Assembly: GCA_963924565.1 (NCBI GenBank)
Contig: OZ004609.1
Coordinates: 25,296,001 to 25,360,000, forward strand
Reading direction: 5' to 3'
Length of the DNA stretch: 64,000 nt
Origin: Ascidiella aspersa
Taxonomy: Eukaryota
Program-made: the position numbers and the translations under genes
The notes under the pieces: generated by a model
The model's input: only the letters and a program-made list of their open reading frames with translations
Told to the model about the DNA's origin: nothing
Databases searched by the model: none
Part shown: positions 1-12,600 of the stretch, one piece after another
Position numbering within the stretch: position 1 is the first letter of the stretch
Layout: the number at the start of each line of letters is the position of its first letter

Positions 1-477
1 ACGCATGTACAACTGATAACGTGGCGAAGTTTTTTTTGTTTTGCTTCCTACATTTAAATGGATAAACTATTTTAAAGCAAGCGGCTGACAGTTTTCTTAT
101 TATAGTTGTTTTCAAACTTAAAAAATTATAAATATTCGCTAAAAACTTTCTACCAAACAATAAAATCTAACTTGACAACTGACCTTTAAAAAAATGCTAT
201 AGATAAATACCATAATGTTATCAGTTTTACCATAATATTATTAAAAATTCGTACATCCCTATTTGTAATAAGATTAGCTTATTGTTGTCCAGCAGCGCAC
301 AGTTGAGGATTACTACCTTAATGTATTCCATTGTGTTTAAAATGCTACCAGTGTGTTTTTTGTTTATTTAAATTTTAATGTTTTTCCAGCATTGTTACTA
401 AACATAGAGAACTTTAAAACATATTGTTGCTGTTCCTACCTTTTCTATCTTTATTGAATTTGTAACTTAGTAAAAAA

Positions 478-2143
478 ATGCCGAAATCTAAACGCGACAA
501 AAAAGGTAGGTTATTAATTTTGTAAAAGATAATGAATCATGGGACTAAAATATGTTTTAATGTGTTTATATTTTTAGTTTCCCTAACACAAACAAAAAAG
601 AAAGGGTTGGATGCCAAAAAGAATCTTGTGGATGAGGTAGGTTGCTTTTAACTTTTCAAAAAACAAAATTTTCTTGGTGTGATTGAATGAAACTTCAAAA
701 ACTGCTTTTAGGTGAGAAAGTGCCTCAACCTGTATGACCGTGCTTTTGTATTTAGTGTTTGCAATATGCGCAACAGCAAGTTAAAGGAAGTGCGCAACTC
801 CTGGAAGCATAGCAGGTAAAGTGTTGCCTGATTTGTTGTTCAATGTTACTACATATCCTCGTGTGACCAGGTGTACCTTATTTAATACCGTATTACTTTA
901 TAATGATAATTTTAAAATCTTTTGTTTACTAGATTTTTCTTCGGTAAAAATAAGGTGATGTCAATCGCATTTGGCAAAAGCCCAGAAACAGAAATTATGA
1001 CCGGACTGCATAAACTCTCTGCCAAACTTGAAAATGAAGTCGGTATTTTATTCACAAGCAAGTCTAAAGACGAAGTTCAGCAGTAAGTGAGTTGCTACAA
1101 CTCGTTTAAACCCGAGTCAGTACAGTGAACCATGCTATTAAATGGCTGAATTTTGTTTAGGTGGTTTCAAGAATATTCACAACATGACCATGCAAGAGCA
1201 GGTAACATTGCAAGTTGCACTGTTGAGCTTGATGAAGGGCCCCTTACCCAATTTTCTCATGCAATTGAACCACATTTAAGACGTTTGGGCTTGCCAGTGG
1301 CACTCAAGAAAGGTAAAACTGTTCATTATATCAGTTGACATACCCAGTTACCCACCTTAGTTTAAGTGTGTATGGGATATACTTTGTCAGGTGATTAACA
1401 GAGTTTCTACAATGTGAACAAGATTTAAAATAACAAACCGGAGTCGATTAAAATCATATTCAAATTGGCAAAAGTTCATAATTCTGATAATTTGTTTAAA
1501 AATTTGGTGTCTGAAATTTATAAAAACAGTATGAGAAACTAGCTCAAGTAACTGCTTAAGCTTACATTTGTCACATTATGATTTTTCCAGACACTAGTTT
1601 GAAGATGGCTTTGTAATTATTTCATTATTTTATTTTAGGAATAGTTACAATGTTGCAAGCCTACACAGTATGTAAAGATGGTGAAACGCTAACTCCAGAA
1701 CAATGTAAAATTTTGGTAAGAACCGGACTTATTTAAGATTACGCAATTATAATTAATAATTTAATGTGTTTAAACTTTAAACCTATTTTCAACTTATTAG
1801 TAATGGTACCACATTTTGATGTAGTTTTTCCATATTTTAGAAACTCCTGAACATTGTCATGGCCCAGTTCAGCATCGATATAAAATGCATGTGGGACAAA
1901 AGCACTGGTGAATGCGAAAACTTTGAAGTGATATCCCGTGAAAAAGTATTCAACAAAGTCAGAGTTACTGCAGATGACCAGGAGTACGATTATGTGGAGC
2001 CAGTCAGCGACATGACAGTAGATGACACCCTGGAAGTCCCACCATCACCACCACAGCCTCTTGCAGTTATCGAAGTGAACAATAATGCGCCAGAGCCCGA
2101 AACCCCAAAACTTAGGAGGTCAACCAGAAATAAAAAGAAATAA
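478..2143 (+). CDS. MRTO4: mRNA turnover protein 4 homolog (60S biogenesis factor, uL10/P0 paralog); 7 exons: 478-505, 578-636, 712-815, 933-1082, 1161-1312, 1639-1715, 1841-2143
   Basis: Spliced translation gives [19 protein letters not shown]...[27 protein letters not shown]...[34 protein letters not shown]...[12 protein letters not shown], the diagnostic Mrt4 sequence. All introns are GT-AG and in phase. Confidence 0.97.
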
Positions 2144-2246
2144 AATGTGCATACTTACCAGTTTGTTGTTAATTGCTATGTTATTTAAGGTTAGACCAAG
2201 TAGCAGTGTTTTTTAATCTTGCATCAACATTAATAAGTATTACAGT

Positions 2247-3222
2247 TAGGGATGTTCAAAGTAGAATCCCAAGGTATTCTAGAATAATAGGTTTCGAATC
2301 TAGAATAACGAATCCAGAATAGCGAATCCTAGTATATTTTTATTAAATAAAATAACCTTGGTTTTGTTTGGGGAAGGGATTAATCTTAATCTACCCCACA
2401 GAGCCTACAATCACAGCAATAAATCGCCCAAACAATTTGCTAACATGTGTACATTATAATAAAAAAATCTCCCATATGTTTAACATTCTTAACAACTGTC
2501 ATTTGAAGCAGTTCTGTAAACTGTATTATATCAACTGTCCAGGTTGTTGCCAAAACTTATATTTTTGCCAATAGTGAGTACAATGAAACACTGCACATAA
2601 AAGTCTTAAGCAATTCGGTCCTGTTTTTTAAAGCATTGTTGGGTTTTAGTGCTTCTTTTTTGACTAACATGATCTGTTATGCAGTCAAATAAGTACTGCA
2701 AAGAATACAAAGTTACTATTGACATAACGAATTCTTGACAATTACGCTGTGCATAACTGCATAACCTCGCTGAATATTGGCCTAAAGTTGACCTTAAGTA
2801 ACCCTATAGCGCATTTTGTAGACGGCCAGCACGTTTTACAACGTAAAATTACGTTTGCAACTTAACGCATTTAGGGCAATTGCGAACTCCACACCAGACA
2901 TTACACGTTAGTCGCTCGCCCTAAAAATAATGCTTGATTGACACTTAATTATTAGACGAACGTTATCGCGAGACGCGGTAATTGGTCACCCGAAAAAACG
3001 CTGACACTGCACTACCTGGTTACATTCAAAGCAAGCACTATAAATTGGTCGCCGCAGCGACAGGCCAACTTACCACACGCGTTTGTACAATTAGGCGCAA
3101 CAATCGGCGGTAAAACATTAAATTATATCGGTTCCAATTACCCGAAATAAACGGCAGAATTGGATTCGAATCCCATCTGGATTCGAATCCAAGGATTCGA
3201 TATTCTACTTTGAGCATCCCTA
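2247..3222. mobile_element. Non-autonomous hAT (Ac-like) element, 976 bp
   Basis: 21-bp TIR TAGGGATGTTCAAAGTAGAAT / ATTCTACTTTGAGCATCCCTA (1 mismatch). Perfect 8-bp TSD ATTACAGT at 2239-2246 and 3223-3230. Subterminal CGAATC/GATTCG repeats at both ends. No transposase ORF. Confidence 0.92.
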
Positions 3223-3430
3223 ATTACAGTAAAAGCTTTGATGACCAAATTCTCTTCATTAAACTTTCTGTAAACAAACTATTAGCATTAGCCAATCCAA
3301 CATTAATTAATATGGTTGAGTCTTCTCAAGTTTGAAAAAATTCTTGCTCGGAACCACATTAAATAAATTTAACAGAATAAAACTGAGGTGGATGAACATA
3401 TATTTTAATGTTAACAATTTTTGATGTTTT

Positions 3431-5333
3431 TTAACTTGGAACTCCATTACTTATACTAAAATAATCAGCCTGTTTGTAATATCCAGTTTGTGCAGTGGTA
3501 TGTCTTTCGGACAAATGAATTTCATTCATTAAGAAACTTCCAAATTCATATTCTCCAAAGTTGTTTAAGATGGCACTTGCATTAAATGTTTTTCTTTTAG
3601 ACCCACTTTGTTGCTTGCCTTGATCTCTTGCCATTCTGAATGTGGTATTCAATAAAGTGCCATGTAATTTAACCCTGTCATACTGATTTTCTGAGAAGCC
3701 ACACTGTGACATTTTGTTTGCTATTTTATCAGCAAGGTTTTGAAGCTTGTCGCTGCCATCAGCATCTGACACCTAATAATGAAAACAATTGATATTCTAA
3801 TTGCTACAATTTGATATTCTAAATTTGCTTGTTAATAAAATGCCACAACGACAACATATCTTCACAGGATAAACGTGATCATGTTAAAACTAATTTATGT
3901 TCCAAACATAATTTGAAAGAAATAATATAAATGACATAATAATTACCTTTACATAAAGAACATTTACTGCACCAGGATCATCATTCATGTATTCCAATCC
4001 TTGTACATTAATTCGGTGACTTTCACCTTTTAAAACATCCCGAAAGACTTCACTTAAGCACTTTTGAAATACAGCTTTCGCTTTATGAATTTCATTTTCG
4101 CTTAACAACACCAAAGTACACAAAGTAAGATGTAGCTTTGTGGGTTTCTGGAAGAGGCTTTCTTCAATGTTACCTTCATCACAGCATACTGACAACACTT
4201 CTTGTTTAAATTTTTCAAAGTTGTTTTTAACAGTTGAATCTGTTAAGGGAATAGACACAAAATGAGTAAATGGTTCCCTCCATCGTTTCTCAGAAAGGAG
4301 TAATTCAATCCTGCTTTGGGCTGACGAAACTGATGCATCAGTGGGACCAGTAATAACAATATCACCCTCACATCCTTTTCCAGGTATTTTGATTAAAGTG
4401 CCAGTATCCCTTTCCAACATCTTCCTGGTTTTTCCTTGTGCACCTATAACATACTTGAATAGTGCAGCGGGAACAGCAATGCTGGATCGACACCTAGCAA
4501 ATATGGTTAAATTATCATAAGGTTGACATCTATTAAGTTACCTTGCAGCTCAATCCAGATAAACTTTTTAATTCAATTAATCTATATGGTTAGGGGAAAA
4601 CAATAAATTTGTTTGCTAAACCAGTCAACATTGGTGTTGCTAGGCCAATGAAATTAAAAAAACAGGGACATTTGAGCCACTAGTCCATAGGTAACTCATT
4701 CTGTGCATATTTCTGAAGTAGTAATACTATAAAAGTTCCAAATAAAACCTTGTATTGTTATTTGATAATGCTGTTTTTTTTTTTTTTTCAATTTTAAATC
4801 AATGTGTTGTATGACTGTGTTTTTAGAGATCAAAGAATGTATAGACAAAGTGTCTTAAGGGTCCTTTCATGGTGATTTAACTGACCCGACTATATGAGGG
4901 AACCTAAGAGCCATTTCAAAGACCCTGGCTTTTAAGGTTCTTAGTTGAAGGGTTTTGAATGTAGACCATTTTAAACTACAAAACGTTAAACCTAAAGCTC
5001 TTTTCCAATTATTTGGCATAACGGGTTAGAAACGCAAAAGGTAAAAAGTGGATCACAGGTCTCTTTTCCCTATTTCCTCCAGTCTACATGCTACCAGTAT
5101 TGCCCATATGTTCAGAATGCTAAGTCTATAGTGCTTTTTTGTGTTTGAAAGTTATTTCATACATACGTTGCAGTAGACTTTACATTAGCGTCACATACAG
5201 GTTCGTCATCCCAATAAACTTTGGGGTCTTGTTGAAGGTGGTCTTCCTGTGTAAACGACTGATCACTTTCCGATGCGTAATCGCAGTAAATACGTCCATC
5301 TATATTGATTAGTTGGGGGTGTAGAATGTCCAT
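3431..5333 (-). CDS. ASCC1: Activating signal cointegrator 1 complex subunit 1 (KH domain + 2H phosphoesterase/AKAP7-like domain); exons 5333-5167, 4493-3947, 3772-3431
   Basis: N-terminus MDILHPQLINIDGRIY. KH GxxG loop YVIGAQGKTRKMLERDTGTLIKIP, then PFTHFVSIPL. Two HxT motifs (KLHLTL, KLHGTL) and GLEYMNDDP. GT-AG introns in phase. Confidence 0.94.
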
Positions 5334-6651
5334 TTTCGAGAAAATGAAAGATTCAACAAAGTGAACAGACGGAAAGATAAAAGTTTTCTCTTTTCTTTAG
5401 GGGTAATACCCATAACGTCATGCCTCATTGAGTTTAAGCAACAACGTCCTTCAAAGATCAAGATCTTGAGCAGCATTGTAGCCAACAACCCAAACTTAAC
5501 ATAAAGAGAGCAAAATGTTTTATTTTATCAATAATTGTTTAATGAAACGACTAAAGGGGGGGGGGGGGGGAACTTATTTGTTTTGGTGTTGAGGAGCTTT
5601 GTCTTGCGTTGTTGTTATCCAACGAATTTCAGACCCCAATATTTTCCAAGTAGATGAACTTTATAATGTTTTCTAAAAATGGGCACTGAGGTTGTGAGTA
5701 AGGAGGCCACCGCTCCTTAAGTATTAATCCGATATTGATAAGCAAGCCGTGTCTTGTGGCAATAATTAGGTGTTGTCTTGAAATAGCGTTAATTAAAACC
5801 CCTGCGAAACAAACTATTGGTTCGTAAAACAAGCCAACCACAATATTATAGCATTTTTTCTACATTTAGTAAAGTATTTCCAGTTTCCGGCAATGCGCAG
5901 CTTTCATTTAGCATGTGTAACATTTAACGTTTTTGATTGCATTGAGTCAATCTGTAATTTGCGTGCAACATTAAATTATAGCCTAATTGGATTACAACTC
6001 TCACGGTTGTGTAAACTAGAATGTATTTTAATTGGGCAATTTTTTTATACCTGATTGTTCCAAAATTCAAGAAAGTGAGTTTTCACTTTAGTTATAGTAC
6101 TATCATTAGCTGACAAATTTAACTTTTTTTACGGCTTTACTATCGCTAATTAGTTGAAGTAACTTTGGGCAAATCTACCTTACGCTGTTTTTGCTTTATT
6201 GAAATAGCACTTATACGCAGGACACCTTATTAACCTATTTGCGATTAAGTTTGGTTTTCACATAATTTGTAAAAAACTGGCTACAAGAACAAGCAAACAA
6301 AGGCATAAAACAAATACTCGCATCAATGTTAAATATCAGACTGGATTTTAATTGTTTTTCTCTTCGACAAATCAGCAGCACAAAAAATACCAGAATATAG
6401 CGCACAATCAAAATCTTGTAATTGCGTTGTAATTCAGCTTATAAAAAACAAAGTAAGTCCAACGGCGCACTTCGATGAAATCCAGTCGCTTCTATTTGCG
6501 AACCAACAGCCTTGAGATTTTACATGTGCATTAAACGATCCAAGAATCACAAAGCCACATACACTAATCTAGCGTATCTAGCGTATCTCTGCGTCCACGG
6601 AGCGACCACCGCTGCCACGTGGACAATTTCCATGCCTATCGAAGTTTTGCA

Positions 6652-9600
6652 TCAAATACTGTCGTTGAAGGCCAGGCTCACTACGGCCTTGGTGTGTCCG
6701 CTGTACTCTCGCTTCACTTCGCCCTGTTCGATGTTCCACAGGCGAGCAACGCAATCCGACGAGGCTGTGATGGGTTTAATGAAAAATAACGATTGTATTA
6801 AGACAAGGAAATCATTTTCGTATTGTTCAGGCAAAGTATGGCTTTAATTGAGGATTCGTGGCCCTATTATATATAAGGCTGAAGGAAAAAAATATATTTT
6901 TAAACTGACAATTTGTTCAGAAGAAATGTTATTAAAAATATAATTTATAAAATAGCCTCTCAAAATCGTATGGTTATCCTTTGTTGCAGTTGGTGTTTTA
7001 AAAAAGAGAGTGTGTTACGCCTTCCTTTTCGCTATAAAATAAAGTCTCAAAATGGTTAATGACGATTTCGTTTAGACAGGCACATTGCACGCTGCAGCTT
7101 TAACAATGCCTTGGGTTTTTCCAGGCGTGTCTTACCTCAAACTCAAAATACACAGCACGGAGCGGCTAAGTATAAGCCTCTCACTAAGGGAGCGGAAAAG
7201 GCGCACCTGTGATTATGAACTGTGAGTCGGCAGAAAAGTCGCAGTCCCACATCCAGCCGTGCGGTTGGTCGGCGGGGTCGGTTGTGTCCAGCTTGAGACA
7301 GGACAGCATCTGGAAGTTGGACGTCTGCCAGATCTTGACCGACTGATCGGCCGACGTGGTAGCCAGCAGTCTGTGGGCAAGACGAAACTTAAGTAAATTA
7401 TTGCAACACTCAACTGTACAATTGAAATCAAGCTTACGACCTACGGGTCTGTGATAGATTTTTAACAGCTTGACATCGAAAATATATTTTACACCTTTCT
7501 AAAGCTAACTTTGGTGCATTGGCCAGTGCCGCAACCTTCACGAAAAGTGATAACAAAGTTTTATCCAACGTCGTGTTGGTACAATAGCGATTGAAGGATG
7601 CCACACGTGTCTTTGCGCAAAACCAACTCGGCGACATAGCGAGACCGCTCGTCAGAGCTGTGCGCAGTGGAGCGACGCGCAGGAATGGAAAGTATGTTTT
7701 GCGTTGCATCTCGCAGACAGAGAATGGCTTTTATGCGCTCGTGACCAGATAGTGTTATCGCAGCTATTTCGGTTTGACCACGGAGGCTTTCTCGATTTTC
7801 GAGCAAGATTGCCGCGGCCGCGAGAAGTCTTGGCAGCAAACTTTGTCGAGATAGGAGGAAGGAAAGTAGACTCAAGGATAAAAACGTCATATGCCTAAAA
7901 GTGAAGTGCTGCGTAGATGCCACTTTTTTGGTGTAGAACGGATGTCGGACTAAATAAGTACTTCCTAACTTGGTGGAAAAATAATTACCTGAATAAAATA
8001 TGGTTAGGTGTGGCGTACCGTAACTTGAAATGAGTCCCATTTAATCTACACTAACGATCAATAACATTCGATTAGAAATAACCTCAGCAAGGTGGCTACA
8101 GAGAGTGTGGAAGTAGTAAATGAAGTCTGTTGTAAGTGTGTTTTTATACCCGCGTGTTGATTACCTACAGCCATTATGCGATAAAAGATATTCAGATTTC
8201 GACCTTTAAGAAGAAAGAAAGTGTGACGAAAGACAATGCAAGTTCACGTCGGGCCATTATAAATGCGTTCCGCAATCGAAAGGGTGACGCGGCTCGGCCA
8301 AGCGCGACCAGGGATTAGCGAAGGCAGCCTACTTATTTTGCCGCCTGTTGACTACCACGACTGGAGTGGAGAGCTATCACTGCTGTGGCTGGCGCCTCTC
8401 ACCGCTAACAAGGCCGGGTTGATCGGATATAGAGAGAAAGCTGTTGGCTGGCGTGCCGGAGAGGATTTGCGCCTCTTGTTTTGGGCACGACCGAAAGGGC
8501 CGGGTAGGCTTAATTACGCGAAGGACGCTTTGTGCTCCTGTTTGTCGTCAGCGTTGAGATGAAGTTTTGTTTTTGCGTCGGTCAGCATCAGCAACGTGTA
8601 GCGAAATGAGCGAAGTCCTTGTTATTGTAACGTAGGCTACGGGCCTTGTGCGCGCGACCACCCGATCCGTTAGAAATTAGTGCATTTCTAAGCAAAAAGG
8701 TCTACGACAATTAGGGCATCCAATGGCAGAAAAGTCTAGATGTTTAGACCTTGAGGTCTTGGTAATGAACTAATTTGAACCTTTAGGTAAACTCCCGGCG
8801 TAGATAAATTGAAAATATTCGCTGAAAATTTACAAAAGATTACAAAAAGTGTGAGATGGCATTAATAACACTTGACCCACCCTAACCCAAACGCTAACCC
8901 GAACCCTAACCCAAATAATGTGCGTTAATGTAATAATTATTTGAATGCTGGATAAAAAAACAAACTTTCGTTGGGCATAAGATAGTTTCTCGTCCATGGT
9001 TTATCCATGGTATATAGAATTGTTACGTCACAAAATGAGATATTGGGGCCTAAAGCGTTTATGTAATTATTGATTCAACGCACATTATTTGGGTTCGGGT
9101 GCTGTTTAGCGTTTGGGTTTAGGTGGGTCAAGTCTTATTAAACTTAATCTTTTGAAGCACATTGTTAAGTCAAATTAGTGCATTGTCTGAGACCTCAAAG
9201 TCTAAAAGTCGGACTTTTTGATCCTTTGGATGCACTAATTTTCGTAGACCTTTTTGCTTAAAAATGCACTAATTTCCAACTGATCAGGTGGCGCGACGCA
9301 TTTGCTGGATCTGCCTGTCTGCTTGCGGTTTCACAGGTTCAAGTGCTGCCGCGTTTGCCGTTTAGCCGCGTTTGTCGAGCGCAACGACACGAAGTTGCTT
9401 GAGGAAATTATCGCTGCAGGCATGTTTTTTGTACTTTTCAGCACGGCACAGCTACAAGTCTCTCCAAATAAACAAGTTGGACGTAGATAGCGTTGCGAGT
9501 AGGTTTTGCGTTGTTAATCATCATAAAGTTGTTTTTAAAAGTTCAGATATAGGTTATAACGAGAAACGCAGTATTGACATCACTGGAGTTGCGCACGAGA

Positions 9601-12600
9601 CATATCGCTCTTGATGAGGTTTTGACCGGCGTATTGTAGTGCTTTTCTGATTGAAAGACAAGTGAACTGTTGATGGCGCAATTTATAAGGTTCGGTCAGT
9701 TGATGACGCTTTAAAATGAGAAGTAGGACGTCTGTGGCGACTAGATTACGTCAACTGTAAAGTTAATGCTCGCTCGCCTGGGTGTCAATCCCTGTCAGAG
9801 TTTAAATAGTTGGAGGGAATTTTAAGTTAGTTTTTATTGACAAAAGTTCAGCGTTGCAATACAAGGACGCGACACATAACTCCAACGCTATCTTTAATTT
9901 CGAGATTGTGTTTACCACTAGTCCTTTTATGACTGTTAAAAATAAAAATTGACAATAGATGTCAAAGAAACGAGCACACTTAAGGTCGGTGGTGGGCGAA
10001 CGGGCAAAACCAACACTCGACGCACCAGGGACGCCTCTTTATATACCTCTGAAGTTCGCTCTAACTTACGGGACAATTTACGCTTTCCTGAGTAGGGACA
10101 AAGGCGAATCGCAAAAGGCGCCCGGAAAGTCATTACGACAGAAAACCTGGCGGCCTAAAAACGACGGGAGTGTCCCGCAGAGCTCGCTGGCAGTGGGTCT
10201 AGCAGATTTTTACGCGCAGGACACACAGTGTGTGTTGTGTTTTGTGCCAGCGCCTTGCTTTCATTCATGTGGTTTCGTGCAAACAATAGAGAGGCGGTCC
10301 AGCTAACCACAAAGCACAAGTCTTGTGCGGCGATAGAATGCCGGACACATCTCTCTGAATGTTGTTGAAGTGGGATGTGTTCTTGATCAGAGAGCTTACG
10401 AACAACGCGCTGTATCGAGTATTGTCGTCGTGGGCGTTACGCTTGTAAAAACAGCGATTGTCAAAGCGTGACATCACCGCTAGTTTAAAGTGCCCTTGAA
10501 AGTCCATTCATATCGACCGATTCATAGCCTTGTCACGATGAGAGTCGTCAGTGCAATAATAAATACCGACTTTTCGAATTTCGTCTCTATCGGTTTTGCG
10601 CATTTGTTTTTGCCATACTTAACGTAGCCTTGAAGTAGTAAGCCAAACGCCTGAAAGGGCTTGAATGGAACCGGTCGGGATTAAGCAAGCCTTAGGAACA
10701 TTAAGCGTCGTTAGACGTTAAAACATGTTTCTTACGCTTCGCGTGATGTGACTGCCCCAAACGAGAATCAAAACAAGGCAAGGCAGCGGCGTTGAAAAGA
10801 GTGCTATCAGCTCTTTGCATAAGCGCCGTATCAAATGTCCGAAGTCGATGTTAACATATCGAAAGTATACTGAAAGGAGGCGGCGAAGGTTTTATGTCTG
10901 TTTTGCTGTATGCTGTACTGGGATCAACAAGACGGCTGGGCCAGAGGTCTGAGTTGTTCTGTCTACGCAGCACTCATTGAAAAAATATTTCTAGCCCATC
11001 AGGCCACTGCGCCAAGCGAAGCGGACATTAGAAACGATGCAAAATTGTGTAACAACATGAGCCGTTTAAATCTGCAGCCAGTGCGTCTAAAAAGACAAAA
11101 GACAGACAGCGGGAGCACGATGAAAATCGCTTTTATAAAGGCATTGTTGCCGAATGAGCAGAGCGTAATCGAGAGTTGCATTGTTCTGCGCGGCCGGGGA
11201 TCATGTTGCGCTTTACAATGGTCGCCGCCCAGCGATTACCATTTCAAACCGCGACAAAGCGACTTAGGCGACGGATTTGGTGGCTAGAGTTTCCGATGGG
11301 CCCCGGAGGGATTGCGAATAACAGCAGGTGTGAAACCTTGTCTTAGTGTGATTTTAAAACACTGTTGAGGTATGGAGTTTTGTTTAAGCGATAAGAGCGA
11401 AACAGTACCATGTTTACTTGCATGTATTATTATTTTTTGCTGCGTTTGTGAGAAATGTAAAAGCTACTTAGTTTAGTTATGCCATCGGTACAGTTTAGCG
11501 GGTGTTGTTAGTTAGCCCTAAGCCAGCACACTGGAATAAACGGCAACCTTTTTATAATCCAGGACAGATGTAGTTTGCTAAAATCAAAGCTAATCGCATT
11601 GGCTGTAGCCCACGCGGCGATGCAGAGCCGTGCCCAAAGCACCTCATTTAAAAGCGCTGGTCAGTGGTCAGTGTGTTTATTCAGTTAGCCGAGCCTCGCG
11701 GGGATTCGCCTGTAAATTTCGGCCAGCTGTCGATCCTAATGCTGTCATCGGAGGGTCGGGGCGGAGTTTTACCGGCGTTAAAAGCCCGCGACGCAGACGC
11801 GCGATGTCCGCTTCCTTGTTTGCAGCCGAAGCAAGACGCGCATTTGCCATAAGCAACGGTGGAGGAAGTTTTTAACGGCTGATCCTGAAACTGGTCATTT
11901 CGAAACGACACTATGTCGCCGTAGTGTGCCTGGTGCTGTTTACGAGCAGGGATACTAGAGATATTTTGATAGGCGCCATGGCTAATAGAGCAATTATCAG
12001 TTGCGGGTAGTGAAATAGCTTAAAGAGTAAGACAAATTTACGTTAAATGCTGTTGGTCATTTTTCAAGGTTCGATTTTGCACTCTGCAAAATCTGTGCAA
12101 AAACAGGACAAATTTAGTCAAACATGTTAGCTTCAATCGCCAACAAAGAAAGCGGTCAAGGCAAACGGTCAATATCAACAAAAGAAAGCGAACCGAGTGC
12201 GCCGTAGGACATCGCTGCGCAGTCTTTTTATGTTCGCTGAAACTAGCATGGATATATTAATTCTTACTTCCGCCTTTCCGTGACGTTGCTGTTTAGCGCA
12301 CACAAAACTTTACACTATTTCTGACCAGGTGTTTGCGCAGCAATGAGTAATTATAGGTCAGTCCCAAATAACAACAGGTGACGCCCGGCGAAGATGTAAA
12401 ACAGAATTCGTAAACACATCCATGCTGGACAGGTAAAGATGTGCGAATGAAATCTATTGTTGGCGGAAATTACTAAAGAGTGAAGGTCAGACACAGCGCA
12501 CATATTGTTCGGTAACAAGCTGTTCGTCTAAACAAAGTAATGTATTCGGCACAAGCAAACGTGGTAACTAATTAAAAGAAAGACTCGTAAGGACTGCTGC

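Noticed and set aside
1313-1638. Possible intronic snoRNA in MRTO4 intron 5
   Set aside because: No canonical C box (RTGATGA) paired with a D box and terminal stem, and no convincing H/ACA hairpins seen.
8880-9128. Telomere-like CCCTAA/TTAGGG motifs as an interstitial telomere
   Set aside because: Few, degenerate units that are part of the inverted arms of the foldback element.
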